A DNA stretch of 63,873 bases, filler included. It is 8 parts of 8 records of this genome, joined end to end, with 100 filler letters (N's around TTAATTAATTAA, not from the genome) between each part and the next. Parts side by side here need not be neighbours in the genome. Positions count along the whole stretch, not along the records: positions 21,841 to 29,552 come from SRR31156797_98214; positions 29,653 to 35,515 come from SRR31156797_98261; 6 more parts are not named here. One strand, written 5' to 3'. This document shows positions 21,841-31,201 of this stretch, piece by piece. Under the pieces are notes generated by a model. The model was given only the letters and a program-made list of their open reading frames with translations, was not told where the DNA came from and ran no database searches. Every line of letters begins with the position of its first letter. The first letter of the stretch is position 1. A program made the translations under genes and the position numbers.

Positions 21841-22057
21841 TCATAAACAGGGACGGTGCCGATGCCAGGGCGGCATCCATACCGGCTTTTACGATTCGGT
21901 TTCGTGCTGCGGGATCGTTCTTTTCTTCATCCTTCAGATCAAACGGAACAATGTCTAAAAGCAGTACATCAACTCCAGCACCGGCGAGGAGAGCAGCAAT
22001 TCCGCCGCCCATGATTCCAGACCCGATTACTGCAGCCTTTCTGATCTTTCTACTCAT
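21841..22057 (-). CDS. fadN: 3-hydroxyacyl-CoA dehydrogenase / enoyl-CoA hydratase (FadN-like), N-terminal fragment
   Basis: IRKAAVIGSGIMGGGIAA..VLLLDIVP closely follows the FadN N-terminus; AGGAGG RBS. Confidence 0.82.
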
Positions 22058-22098
22058 GACTCCCTCCTGTATGTAATTTTAAATACATGTAACCAACT

Positions 22099-22114
22099 AT
22101 GAATGAGTATTCAT
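22099..22114. promoter_or_regulatory. Palindromic operator 1, FadR (TetR-type) box-like
   Basis: ATGAAT-GAGT-ATTCAT; lies just downstream of a minus-strand promoter TTGACA (22147-22142) / TGcTAAGCA. Confidence 0.7.
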
Positions 22115-22281
22115 TTTTGCTTAGCAGAGTTGTTTAGGGAATGTCAAGGAAATTCATCAATTATCTTTATCGGGGAGGGGCGCTTTTTTGTCTTTCAATT
22201 TCAGAAAGTTAGGCTTGATGATGTCGGATTCGACCCTGGGGGAATGAAAAAGTCTCCCGGGACGCCCAATAGGTAAAAGGT

Positions 22282-22297
22282 ATGAATGATAATTCAT
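22282..22297. promoter_or_regulatory. Palindromic operator 2, same motif
   Basis: ATGAAT-GATA-ATTCAT; upstream of a plausible plus-strand promoter TTGCCT-17-TATGAA (22321-22349). Confidence 0.65.
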
Positions 22298-22397
22298 GCC
22301 CTTTGTTTGCCTGTATCGCCTTGCCTTTCCCCAAGGGTTTTGATATGAAATTTTAATTTGTTTTATTTTAACGTGATTACCGGCTGAGGAGAATTTA

Positions 22398-23438
22398 ATG
22401 GAGCTCGAAAATTTTCAAGCACGATCCTGTCCGGCCCTGAATATTGACTCAGTGGCGCGATTTATTGTCTCCCTCCAGAGGGAAAGCGGCGAAATCCCCT
22501 GGCACGAGGGGGGGAAAACCGATCCCTGGGATCTTGTGGAATCGGCCATGGGACTGAACATTGCCGGGTTCTACCGGGAAGCGGACCGGGCCTTTGAATG
22601 GATGCTCAGTAATCAGAATGCCGACGGGTCCTGGTACTCGGCCTATGTGGAGGGCGTTCCCCAGGACCGGACCTGCGAGACCAACATGAGCTCCTATATC
22701 GCCACCGGGGTATTTCACCACTGGCTGATCCGCGGGGAGATGGATTTTATAGAGACCATGTGGCCCACGGTGGAAAAGGGGCTGGATTTTGCCGTTTCCC
22801 TCCAGACCGAGCGGGGGGAGATCTACTGGGCCAAGAGTCCCGAGGGCGAGGTGGATCCCATGGCGCTTTTGACTGGCGCAAGCTCCATTTACATGAGCCT
22901 GAAGTGCGGCCTGAGCCTGGCCCGGCTACTGGGAAAAGAGATGCCCCAGTGGGAGCGGGCCTTTGAAAAGCTTGGCAGCAGCATCCGGGACAACATCCAC
23001 ATCTACAACATCAGCAAGTCCCGTTTTTCCATGTACTGGTTCTATCCCGTCCTCTCCGGTGTTCTCACCGGCGATGTGGCTAGAAAACGGATCGAGCGGT
23101 ACTGGAAGAAATATGTGATCGAGGACCAGGGGGTCCGATGTGTGTCCGACCGGCCCTGGGTCACCATGGCCGAAACCTCGGAGCTGGTCCTGGCCATTGC
23201 CGGCATGGGCAAGCCCGGGCTTGCCAGGATCATCTTTTCCTGGATCCAGGACCGGGTGTATGAGGATGACACCTTCTGGTGCGGCTACACCTTTCCCGAT
23301 ATGACCGTCTGGCCGGAGGAGAAGATCTCCTGGACCAATGCCGTGGCCCTCATGGCGGCCGATGCCCTCTATGCCATCACCCCCGGATCCCGGCTGTTCA
23401 GCCATGACGCCTGGGACGGGTTCAGGTTCAAGGGGTAG
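22398..23438 (+). CDS. (alpha/alpha)6-barrel protein, usually labelled prenyltransferase-like; MmpH-like hydrolase
   Basis: GEIPW..GGKTDPWDLVE, QNADGSW, YIATGVFHH, ALLTG, SMYWFYPVL, GVRCVSDRPWVTMAETSE, WT.A..LMAADAL; GAGGAG RBS. Confidence 0.75.
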   Translation: MELENFQARSCPALNIDSVARFIVSLQRESGEIPWHEGGKTDPWDLVESAMGLNIAGFYREADRAFEWMLSNQNADGSWYSAYVEGVPQDRTCETNMSSYIATGVFHHWLIRGEMDFIETMWPTVEKGLDFAVSLQTERGEIYWAKSPEGEVDPMALLTGASSIYMSLKCGLSLARLLGKEMPQWERAFEKLGSSIRDNIHIYNISKSRFSMYWFYPVLSGVLTGDVARKRIERYWKKYVIEDQGVRCVSDRPWVTMAETSELVLAIAGMGKPGLARIIFSWIQDRVYEDDTFWCGYTFPDMTVWPEEKISWTNAVALMAADALYAITPGSRLFSHDAWDGFRFKG

Positions 23439-23442
23439 TGCC

Positions 23443-24165
23443 GTGCGAAAAGATCACCGTCCCTATCTCATCAAGAAAGCGTGGTTCGGCCTCCAGGGCT
23501 TTTACCTCCACCATTTTTTCGAACCCCAGCTGGAGCGCCTGGGGCCCAATCCCTATGTGGTAAAACCCTGGCACATCGAGGTGTTTGGCGCCCCCATCAC
23601 CATCGGTGCCCATGTCACCCTCCTGGGCGCGTCGGACAAAAAGACACGGCTCACGGTCTGGACCGACAAGACGGATGTCACGGGCATCGAGATCGGCGAT
23701 CATGTATTGATCTCCCCGGGGGTCCGGATCAGCGCGGCCCAGGAGATCATCATCTCCGACAACTGCATGATCGCCTCCAATGCCTATATCACCGATTCCG
23801 ACTGGCACGGCATCTATGACCGCAGCCTGCCCCCGGCCACGGCCGGCCCGGTTTATCTTGCCCCCAACGTTTGGATAGGGGACTCCGCCATCATCTGCAA
23901 GGGGGTCACCATCGGGGAGAACAGCATCGTGGGGGCCGGGGCCGTGGTCTCCTCCGACATCCCCCCCAATGTGATCGCCGTGGGCAATCCGGCCCGGGTG
24001 GTCAAGGAACTGGACCCCAACCGCACCATCACCACCCGCAAGGACCGGTTTTCGGATGTGGACCGGATCTCCATGCTCCTGGATGACCAGGACCGGGAGA
24101 TGCTCCGGGAGAACACCTTTTTCGGCTGGTTCCGCCACCTGCTTTTTCCCACCAAAAACGGCTAG
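23443..24165 (+). CDS. Hexapeptide-repeat (LbH) O-acyltransferase
   Basis: GTG start 4 nt after the upstream stop; IEIGDHVLI, ITDSDWH, VWIGDSAIICKGVTIGENSIVGAGAVV, GNPARVVK. Confidence 0.9.
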   Translation: MRKDHRPYLIKKAWFGLQGFYLHHFFEPQLERLGPNPYVVKPWHIEVFGAPITIGAHVTLLGASDKKTRLTVWTDKTDVTGIEIGDHVLISPGVRISAAQEIIISDNCMIASNAYITDSDWHGIYDRSLPPATAGPVYLAPNVWIGDSAIICKGVTIGENSIVGAGAVVSSDIPPNVIAVGNPARVVKELDPNRTITTRKDRFSDVDRISMLLDDQDREMLRENTFFGWFRHLLFPTKNG

Positions 24166-24228
24166 CACCACTCGGTTTTTATCCCCCCGGCAGTCACGCC
24201 GGGGGACCGTCACACATGGTTTCACGTG

Positions 24229-24256
24229 AAAATCCCCCGTTCGGGGGATTTTTTTT
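24229..24256 (+). terminator. Intrinsic terminator
   Basis: AAAATCCCCCG-TT-CGGGGGATTTT plus a T run; a second GC hairpin lies at about 24184-24205. Confidence 0.85.
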
Positions 24257-24295
24257 GTCCTTGCCCCTGGTATGGTTCCCATGAAAAATTAGAAC

Positions 24296-24346
24296 TTGAC
24301 AGGATTCAAACAGTGTTTAAAATACGCTTTCAAACGCTATTTTAAA
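24296..24346 (+). promoter_or_regulatory. sigma70 promoter with overlapping PsrA-like operators
   Basis: TTGACA (24296)-16-TAAAAT (24318); TTCAAAC-AGT-GTTTAAA at 24305-24321 and TTCAAAC-GCTA-TTTTAAA at 24329-24346. Confidence 0.7.
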
Positions 24347-24378
24347 CCGGCGGTAACGCCATATCACAGGCAGATAGG

Positions 24379-25020
24379 ATGAAAGATACAAAAACACGGA
24401 TACTTGATGCTGCGGAACGCCTCATCATGGAGCTTGGGGCGGACAAGGCCTCCCTCCGGAAGATCACGGATGAGGCCGGCGTCAACATCGCCGCCATCAA
24501 TTACCATTTTGGTTCAAAGAACAACATGATATCGGCGCTGATGGAGCGGTTCCTTTCGCCCCTGTCAAGGGAGCTGCACCAGAGCCTGGACCGGGTCTAT
24601 TCCGGTGCCGAAAACGAGACACCGGAACTGGAGGCCGTGATCCGGGCCTACCTGGTGCCCCTGCTCGATTTTTCATTGAGATGTCCGGATCACCAGAATT
24701 TTTTCATACAGATGTACCGATACTACGATGACAGGGATGTGTTCATGCAGAGCATCCGGGAGCTTGTGGAAAAGGACCTGAAGTACTATGCCGGGGCGTT
24801 TCTCGCGGCCCTGCCCCAGCTTCCCGAACAGATCGTGCTGTTGCGGCTGGCGTTTTTCAGGAACACCTCCTGTGGCATCATGCAGGGAGACTGCATCATG
24901 GAGGAGAGCCTGGCCGTGCTGGGACTTGACCTTGACCGGGAGGCCATGATCGAGGAGATGGTCACCTCGGTTGCCGCCGGGTTCAGGGCCGATGTGAAAG
25001 ACAAATCGTCAACTAATTAG
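24379..25020 (+). CDS. TetR family regulator with PsrA-like HTH
   Basis: RILDAAERL..SLRKITDEAGVNIAAINYHFGSK..ERFLSP. Confidence 0.92.
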   Translation: MKDTKTRILDAAERLIMELGADKASLRKITDEAGVNIAAINYHFGSKNNMISALMERFLSPLSRELHQSLDRVYSGAENETPELEAVIRAYLVPLLDFSLRCPDHQNFFIQMYRYYDDRDVFMQSIRELVEKDLKYYAGAFLAALPQLPEQIVLLRLAFFRNTSCGIMQGDCIMEESLAVLGLDLDREAMIEEMVTSVAAGFRADVKDKSSTN

Positions 25021-25032
25021 AAGAGGAAAAGC

Positions 25033-26103
25033 ATGAAAGTGAAAAACGCGATATTGGGACTGTTGATGGTGTCTGCGATGGTTGCAGCAGGCCCCCTGGA
25101 TGCAATGGCAAACGACGGCGGTCCGCCCCCGGCCCGGGTGGTGACGGCCCCTGTGATCGAACGAAATGTTGCGGAAAATACAAAGGTGGTGGGTACCCTC
25201 TTTTTTGACCGGGTGAGCAATCTTTCCACCGAGGTGAACGGGCTGGTCCGGTCGGTCCATGTGAAGGAGGGGGAGCGGGTTAAAAAGGGGACCGTGATGT
25301 TCCGCCTCAACACCGACTTCGTCGATAACGAGATCGCATCGGTCCGGGCCAACATGGAGCAGGTCCGGGTGCGCCTGGTCAAGGCGGAAAAGGACCTGGC
25401 CCGGTATGAAACCCTGTTTCACCAGGAAGCGGCCAGTGAACAGGAGTATGACAATATCTCCCTGTCCCGGGAGGAGTTGATTAAGCAGACCGGGATCCTT
25501 TCGACCCAGCTGGCCCTGGCCCGGCTGAAAAAGCAGAAGAGCGTGATCCGGGCCCCCTTTGACGGGGTGGTGCTGGAGAAGAAATCGGAAACCGGGGACT
25601 GGGTGGCACCGGGGTCGGTGCTCTGCTCCCTGGGATCCATCAACGATCTCTTTGTCAAGGTGCCGGTGTCCGAGGATATCCTCTCCTTTGCGCGAAAAGG
25701 AGAAGAAGTGACGGTGGCCATCGCGTCCCTGGACAAAGAGGTGACCGGCACCATTGCCGGGGTGATTCCCGTGGCCGATCCCCAGACCAAGAGCGTGTTT
25801 GTCAAGGTGCGGCTGCCGGCCATGGACAATCCCGTGCTGAACATGTCCGCCACCGTGGCCATGCCCGTGGGGGAGAAGAAGAATATGCTGCTGGTGCCCC
25901 GGGATGCCCTGGTCAGCTTTAACGGCCAGTACATGGTCTATACGGTGAACGGGGGCAAGGCCGCTCCCATGCCGGTGACCATCGTCTCCTATGTGGGCCA
26001 GTTTGTCGCCATCGAGTCCCAGGGCTTCAAGGTGGACATGCCCCTGGTGGTGGACGGGAACGACCGGTTGAGACCCGGCCAGGCTGTCACCGTCATCAAT
26101 TGA
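25033..26103 (+). CDS. RND efflux periplasmic adaptor (MFP)
   Basis: Signal/anchor, VKEGERVKKG, IRAPFDGVV, LLVPRDAL, VVDG. Confidence 0.93.
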   Translation: MKVKNAILGLLMVSAMVAAGPLDAMANDGGPPPARVVTAPVIERNVAENTKVVGTLFFDRVSNLSTEVNGLVRSVHVKEGERVKKGTVMFRLNTDFVDNEIASVRANMEQVRVRLVKAEKDLARYETLFHQEAASEQEYDNISLSREELIKQTGILSTQLALARLKKQKSVIRAPFDGVVLEKKSETGDWVAPGSVLCSLGSINDLFVKVPVSEDILSFARKGEEVTVAIASLDKEVTGTIAGVIPVADPQTKSVFVKVRLPAMDNPVLNMSATVAMPVGEKKNMLLVPRDALVSFNGQYMVYTVNGGKAAPMPVTIVSYVGQFVAIESQGFKVDMPLVVDGNDRLRPGQAVTVIN

Positions 26104-26211
26104 TGCCCCCTAGGCTCCTGGCATATGAATCGGGGCCGGCGGGCGTCGATTCCTAGACAAAATATCAATACGAGAGCGCAGGCCCGGCTGTAACCGGGGA
26201 AATGATATCTT

Positions 26212-29200
26212 ATGAATGTAATTAAAAGTGCAATAGAGAGACCTGTTACGACGGCTGTCATGGTGATCCTGATCGTCCTGTTCGGGGTGATCGGGCTCAT
26301 GAAACTACCGGTTCAGCTCGCTCCGGATACGGATCTGCCCGAGATCGAGGTGATGACCTCCTGGTCCGGGGCAAGCCCCACGGAGATGGAGAGCGAGGTG
26401 GTGGAGCGCCAGGAGGACAAGCTCAAGAGCCTCCAGAATCTCCAGAAGATGGAGAGCTCCTCCTACAACGACTACGCCACCATCACCCTCACCTTTGACC
26501 TTGAAACCAATATCGACACGGCCATGTTCCGGGTATCCAACAAGCTCAACGAGGTGTCCGACTACCCGGACAACGTGATGGAGCCCGTGCTGTCCACGTC
26601 CGGCGGCTCTTCCCAGCCCATCATCTGGATGCTGTTGAAGACCGTTGAGGGGCCGGACACGGAGATCCTCAAGTACAAGACCTTTTTTGAAAACGAGCTC
26701 CGCCAGTACCTGGAGCGGATCGAGGGGGTCTCCTCCCTGCTGGTGTTCGGCGGCACCGAGGACCAGCTGGAGATCGTGATCGATCCGGAAAAGATGGCCC
26801 GCCGGGGCATCACCATCAACCAGATCATCTCCAAGGTGGTGGCGGCCAACACCGATGTGTCGGCCGGGGTTCTTGGCATTGACCGGAAGAACTACCGGAT
26901 CCGGACCGTGGCCAAATTCCAGGACAGCTTTGATCCCCTGGATGTGGTGGTCTATGACGACGGCATCAAGCGGGTCTTTCTGAGGGACGTGGCCACCACC
27001 CGCATCGGGTACGAAACCCAGTTCGTCTCGGTCATGGAGAACGCCCGGGAAGGGATCGTCATCGGCGTGAAAAAGCAGAAGGGCGCCAATGTGATCGAGA
27101 TCGTGAAACGGGTCCGGGCCGAGGTGGACCGCCTGAACACGGAGGTGCTGGCCGACAAGAACCTCTACATCAACTGGGCCCATGATGAGGCCCCCTATAT
27201 CCTGAAATCCATTGACAACATGAAGAAGAACGTCGTCATCGGCGCGGTGCTGGCCATCACCATCCTGCTGGTCTTCCTGGGCAGCCTTCGGTCCACCATC
27301 ACCATTGGCCTGGCCATTCCCATTTCGGCCATCGGCACCTTCATCTTCCTGTGGCTGCTCCACCGGAACCTCAATGTTGTGAGTCTTGCCGGCATCTCCT
27401 TTGCCGTGGGCATGCTGGTGGACAATTCCATCGTGGTGCTGGAGAACATCGACCGTCACCGCCAAACCGGCAAGAAGATCTTTGATGCCGTGTACCAGGG
27501 CGCCAACGAGGTGTTCGGAGCCGTGGTGGCCTCCACCCTCACCACGGTGGCGGTGTTCCTGCCGGTGATCTTCATCAAGCAGGAGGCGGGTCAGCTGTTC
27601 AAGGATATCTCCATCGCCATCACCGCCTCCATCATTTTGAGTCTGCTGGTGTCGGTGACCGTGATCCCCTCCTTCATGCACTTTATCTACCGGAATCGGA
27701 CGGTCAAGGCCAAGGGCGATAAAAAGAGCATTCCCAAAGCCGTGGGCGGGTTCTTTGTGAACCTGATCATGGGGATGTCCAATTTTTTCCAGAAGAACGC
27801 CGTGACACGGATGCTGTGTATCCTGGTGTTCACCTCCCTCTCCATTGCCAGCGCCTGGGCCCTCATGCCCAAGGCCGAGTACCTGCCCCAGGGCAACCAG
27901 AATTTTATCATGAACATCCTGGTGCCGCCCCCGGGCTATTCCGCGGAAAAGCGCCGGGATGTGGGGGAGTATCTGTTTGAACAGACCGACGCCTACCGGC
28001 GGCCCGGAGACCACGGCCTGCCCCTGATCAAGAACATGTTCTATTTCTCCTCCGACTCGTTGTCGGGCTTTGGTCTTTCCGCCATTGACGAGTATGAGAC
28101 CGAGGCGGGCAAGTTCATTCCGGCCATGACCCGGATCATCAACTCGCTTCCCGGCATGTTCGGCATCAGCATCCAGCCCGGTATCTTTGAGACCGGCATG
28201 GGCAAGGGCCGGACCGTGGATCTGAACATCTCCGGCGAAAATATGAACGATATCGTCAATGCCGGCCGCATGCTGTTCGGGGCCGTGTCCCAGGCGATCC
28301 CCGGTTCCCAGATCCGGCCGGTGCCCTCCCTGGAGATCTCCTATCCCGAGGGCCGGGTGATCGCGGACAAGCTGAAGCTGGCCGCCAACGGCCTCACCGA
28401 GCAGGAGTTGGGCATCTACGTGGATGTGCTCATGAACGGCCGAAAGGTGGATGAGTTCGGGCCCGAAGGCAAGGACCGCATCGATCTGGTGGTCCGGGGT
28501 GCAGAAACCGAGTTCAAGACCCCGGAGGATATCCTCAACGCCCCCATTGTCAACAACATCGGCCGCCAGGTGCGGGTGGGGGATGTGGCCACCATCAAAT
28601 ACGATGCGGGCATGACCCAGATCGACCGCCTGGAGAAAAAGCGGAACGTGCGGCTGGAGATCACGCCCCCTGTGTCCGTGCCCCTTCAGACGGCCATCGA
28701 GACCATCAATGCCACCAGCGACGGCCTTTTGGCATCGGGCCAGATCAAGAACGTGGCCCTGGACCTGGGCGGCAATGCGGACAAGCTGGTGGAAACCTTT
28801 GACGCCCTGAAGTGGAATTTGCTTCTGGCCCTCATGATCACCTATCTGTTGATGGCGGCGTTGTTTGAGAACTTTCTCTATCCCTTCATCATCATGTTCA
28901 GTGTGCCTTTGGCCGCGGCCGGCGGGCTCATGGGCCTGCGGCTGGTGGACCTGGTGATCGCGCCCCAGCCCCTGGATGTTTTGACCATGCTCGGTTTCAT
29001 CATCCTCATCGGCACCGTGGTGAACAACGCCATCCTCATCGTTCATCAGTCGTTGAACAATGTCCGGAACAAGGGCATGGAGGGGATGTTGGCCATCTCG
29101 GAATCGGTGCGGACACGGATTCGGCCCATCTTCATGAGCGCCTGTACCTCCATCTTCGGGCTCATGCCCCTGGTGATCGCCACCGGATCGGGCAGTGAGC

Positions 29201-29358
29201 TCTACCGGGGGATCGGCAGCGTGCTCCTGGGGGGCCTGGCCCTTTCCACCCTGTTCACCCTGTTCGTGATCCCGGCCCTGCTCGCCTTTTTCATCGGGTT
29301 TGAGAAGCGCAAGGTGGGCCAGGAAGCCTGGGAGTATAAAGCGTCCCACTCGAATTGA
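26212..29358 (+). CDS. RND efflux permease (AcrB/MdtB family)
   Basis: 1048 aa; ERPV, GMLVDNSIVVLEN, VFLP, RIRPIFM. Confidence 0.96.
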   Translation: MNVIKSAIERPVTTAVMVILIVLFGVIGLMKLPVQLAPDTDLPEIEVMTSWSGASPTEMESEVVERQEDKLKSLQNLQKMESSSYNDYATITLTFDLETNIDTAMFRVSNKLNEVSDYPDNVMEPVLSTSGGSSQPIIWMLLKTVEGPDTEILKYKTFFENELRQYLERIEGVSSLLVFGGTEDQLEIVIDPEKMARRGITINQIISKVVAANTDVSAGVLGIDRKNYRIRTVAKFQDSFDPLDVVVYDDGIKRVFLRDVATTRIGYETQFVSVMENAREGIVIGVKKQKGANVIEIVKRVRAEVDRLNTEVLADKNLYINWAHDEAPYILKSIDNMKKNVVIGAVLAITILLVFLGSLRSTITIGLAIPISAIGTFIFLWLLHRNLNVVSLAGISFAVGMLVDNSIVVLENIDRHRQTGKKIFDAVYQGANEVFGAVVASTLTTVAVFLPVIFIKQEAGQLFKDISIAITASIILSLLVSVTVIPSFMHFIYRNRTVKAKGDKKSIPKAVGGFFVNLIMGMSNFFQKNAVTRMLCILVFTSLSIASAWALMPKAEYLPQGNQNFIMNILVPPPGYSAEKRRDVGEYLFEQTDAYRRPGDHGLPLIKNMFYFSSDSLSGFGLSAIDEYETEAGKFIPAMTRIINSLPGMFGISIQPGIFETGMGKGRTVDLNISGENMNDIVNAGRMLFGAVSQAIPGSQIRPVPSLEISYPEGRVIADKLKLAANGLTEQELGIYVDVLMNGRKVDEFGPEGKDRIDLVVRGAETEFKTPEDILNAPIVNNIGRQVRVGDVATIKYDAGMTQIDRLEKKRNVRLEITPPVSVPLQTAIETINATSDGLLASGQIKNVALDLGGNADKLVETFDALKWNLLLALMITYLLMAALFENFLYPFIIMFSVPLAAAGGLMGLRLVDLVIAPQPLDVLTMLGFIILIGTVVNNAILIVHQSLNNVRNKGMEGMLAISESVRTRIRPIFMSACTSIFGLMPLVIATGSGSELYRGIGSVLLGGLALSTLFTLFVIPALLAFFIGFEKRKVGQEAWEYKASHSN

Positions 29359-29431
29359 TGCCCGGCGTATTCCCGGGCGAGGAGCTAGGAGCTTAAATTT
29401 GAACCACACATCCATTAGACGGGAGCATGGA

Positions 29432-29552
29432 ATGAAAACATATATCGGGGCAACCCTGATGGTGATGATGACGGTGCTGGCGGCAGGGGTGACGGCCCCG
29501 GGGGCCGCCACCCTTGAAACCCTTCAGCAGAAGGCATATGACAACCGTGACC
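29432..29552 (+). CDS. Probable TolC-family outer membrane protein, N-terminal fragment
   Basis: Signal peptide followed by TLETLQQKAYDN; position after the RND permease. Confidence 0.6.
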
Positions 29553-29652
29553 NNNNNNNNNNNNNNNNNNNNNNNNNNNNNNNNNNNNNNNNNNNNTTAA
29601 TTAATTAANNNNNNNNNNNNNNNNNNNNNNNNNNNNNNNNNNNNNNNNNNNN
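29553..29652. other. Artificial contig linker
   Basis: N44-TTAATTAATTAA-N44. Confidence 0.99.
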
Positions 29653-29653
29653 C

Positions 29654-30103
29654 GGGGGGCTGGGGGCGTTCGTTCTGGCGGTTCGCATTGAGTTTGGGCT
29701 GTGGGAAGTCCTGATGTTGATGTGTGTTGTAAAGTCTTCTGATATAGGAGCTTACACCTTTGGCAAACTGTTCGGGACCCACAAATTCTCCCCCCGCGTC
29801 AGTCCGGGCAAGACCTGGGAGGGATTGGCCGGGGCGATGGCGGTGGCGATGGGGGTGAGTCTCGCATTTGCGGTGCTTTCTGATACAATGTTCTGGTGGC
29901 AGGCCTTGATCTTCGGGCCCTGCTTCGCCGTGATCGGTCAGATGGGCGATTTGGCCGAGTCGATGATGAAGCGCGACGCCGGGCAGAAAGATTCGTCGAA
30001 CCGTGTGCCTGGGTTTGGTGGTATATTGGATGTCATCGATTCGCCCCTGGTGGCGGCGCCCTTTGGATACTTGTTCTTCCGGCTCGTGGCTGTGAGCGGT
30101 TAG
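29654..30103 (+). CDS. cdsA: Phosphatidate cytidylyltransferase (5' truncated)
   Basis: DIGAY..G, SPGKTWEG, GDLAESMMKRDAGQKDS, PGFGGILD. Confidence 0.93.
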   Translation, partial: GGLGAFVLAVRIEFGLWEVLMLMCVVKSSDIGAYTFGKLFGTHKFSPRVSPGKTWEGLAGAMAVAMGVSLAFAVLSDTMFWWQALIFGPCFAVIGQMGDLAESMMKRDAGQKDSSNRVPGFGGILDVIDSPLVAAPFGYLFFRLVAVSG

Positions 30104-30133
30104 AGGTCGCCGAGAAGAAATGCCGGAGTTCTT

Positions 30134-31117
30134 ATGACGAGGAGCGATTTGGAGCTTACCGTACAATTAGATCCAAACAGCAAGCAGCTTGATCTGTTCG
30201 GCCCGGCCGACAGTCATCTGCGTCTGCTGCGCCGGTCGCTCGGAGTAAGCATCACTGCTCGCCAGTCGAATCTCATCATCAGTGGGGCCGAGAGCGACGT
30301 GACCCGTACGGCCGAGGCGGTGGATCGGATGCAGAAGCATCTGCTCAAGCATGGCCAATTGACCGATGATGATGTAACCGGCCTGATTGCGAAAGGGGCT
30401 GTGGCGGCCGGGCCTGAGAACGGCCAAGCCGTCAGCGTCTATTCGAAGAAGGTGGTGGAGCCTTCAACCAAGGGGCAGCTCAAGTATATCGAGACCATGC
30501 TCAACAACGATGTGACCTTTTGCACAGGGCCGGCCGGGACGGGCAAGACCTACCTGGCTGTGGCCGTGGCGGTCTCGATGCTCAAGAAGCGCCAGATCCG
30601 GCGGATCGTGCTGGCCCGGCCCGCCGTCGAAGCCGGTGAGAAGCTGGGTTTCTTGCCGGGTGATATCCAGGCAAAAGTCAATCCGTACCTGCGACCGCTT
30701 TTCGACGCGCTCGAGGATATGATGGATTTCGCTCAGATGCGGAAATTCATGGACCTCGATATCATTGAGATCATCCCGTTGGCCTTTATGCGTGGTCGTA
30801 CGCTCAATGAATCGGCCATTATCTGCGATGAGGCGCAGAACACCTCGGGGATGCAGATGTTGATGGTCTTGACGCGACTGGGCCACGGATCGAAAATGAT
30901 CGTGACCGGCGACGTGACCCAGACCGATTTGGAGGCCAATCAGAAAAGTGGATTGATTGAGGCCATCGAAACGCTGCGCCGGGTCAAGGGGATTGGCGTC
31001 GTCGCACTGAACCAACGAGACATCGTACGACACCGGCTCGTGCAGAACATCGTACGGGCCTACAAGAAGACGCACGAGGCGCAGCAGAAACGACGGGAGA
31101 CGCATGCGCATTCATGA
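30134..31117 (+). CDS. phoH: PhoH family ATPase
   Basis: [38 protein letters not shown]. Confidence 0.95.
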   Translation: MTRSDLELTVQLDPNSKQLDLFGPADSHLRLLRRSLGVSITARQSNLIISGAESDVTRTAEAVDRMQKHLLKHGQLTDDDVTGLIAKGAVAAGPENGQAVSVYSKKVVEPSTKGQLKYIETMLNNDVTFCTGPAGTGKTYLAVAVAVSMLKKRQIRRIVLARPAVEAGEKLGFLPGDIQAKVNPYLRPLFDALEDMMDFAQMRKFMDLDIIEIIPLAFMRGRTLNESAIICDEAQNTSGMQMLMVLTRLGHGSKMIVTGDVTQTDLEANQKSGLIEAIETLRRVKGIGVVALNQRDIVRHRLVQNIVRAYKKTHEAQQKRRETHAHS

Positions 31118-31201
31118 GGCGGACGTTGCGATGATGCGACGACAAGGCCCTGAACGCGGGTTTGGCGTCGCGTTCGGTCTCTTCATGATGGGCTAGACGG
31201 C

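Noticed and set aside
24218-24233. parS-like sequence GGTTTCACGTGAAAAT
   Set aside because: Only 13 of 16 positions match, single copy, overlapping a terminator stem, and no origin-region genes nearby.
26305-29511. 1068-aa antisense ORF opposite the RND permease
   Set aside because: Shadow ORF explained by GC-rich codon bias of the real gene; no recognisable motifs. The same applies to other antisense ORFs such as 3580-5010, 35661-37151 and 43348-44997.
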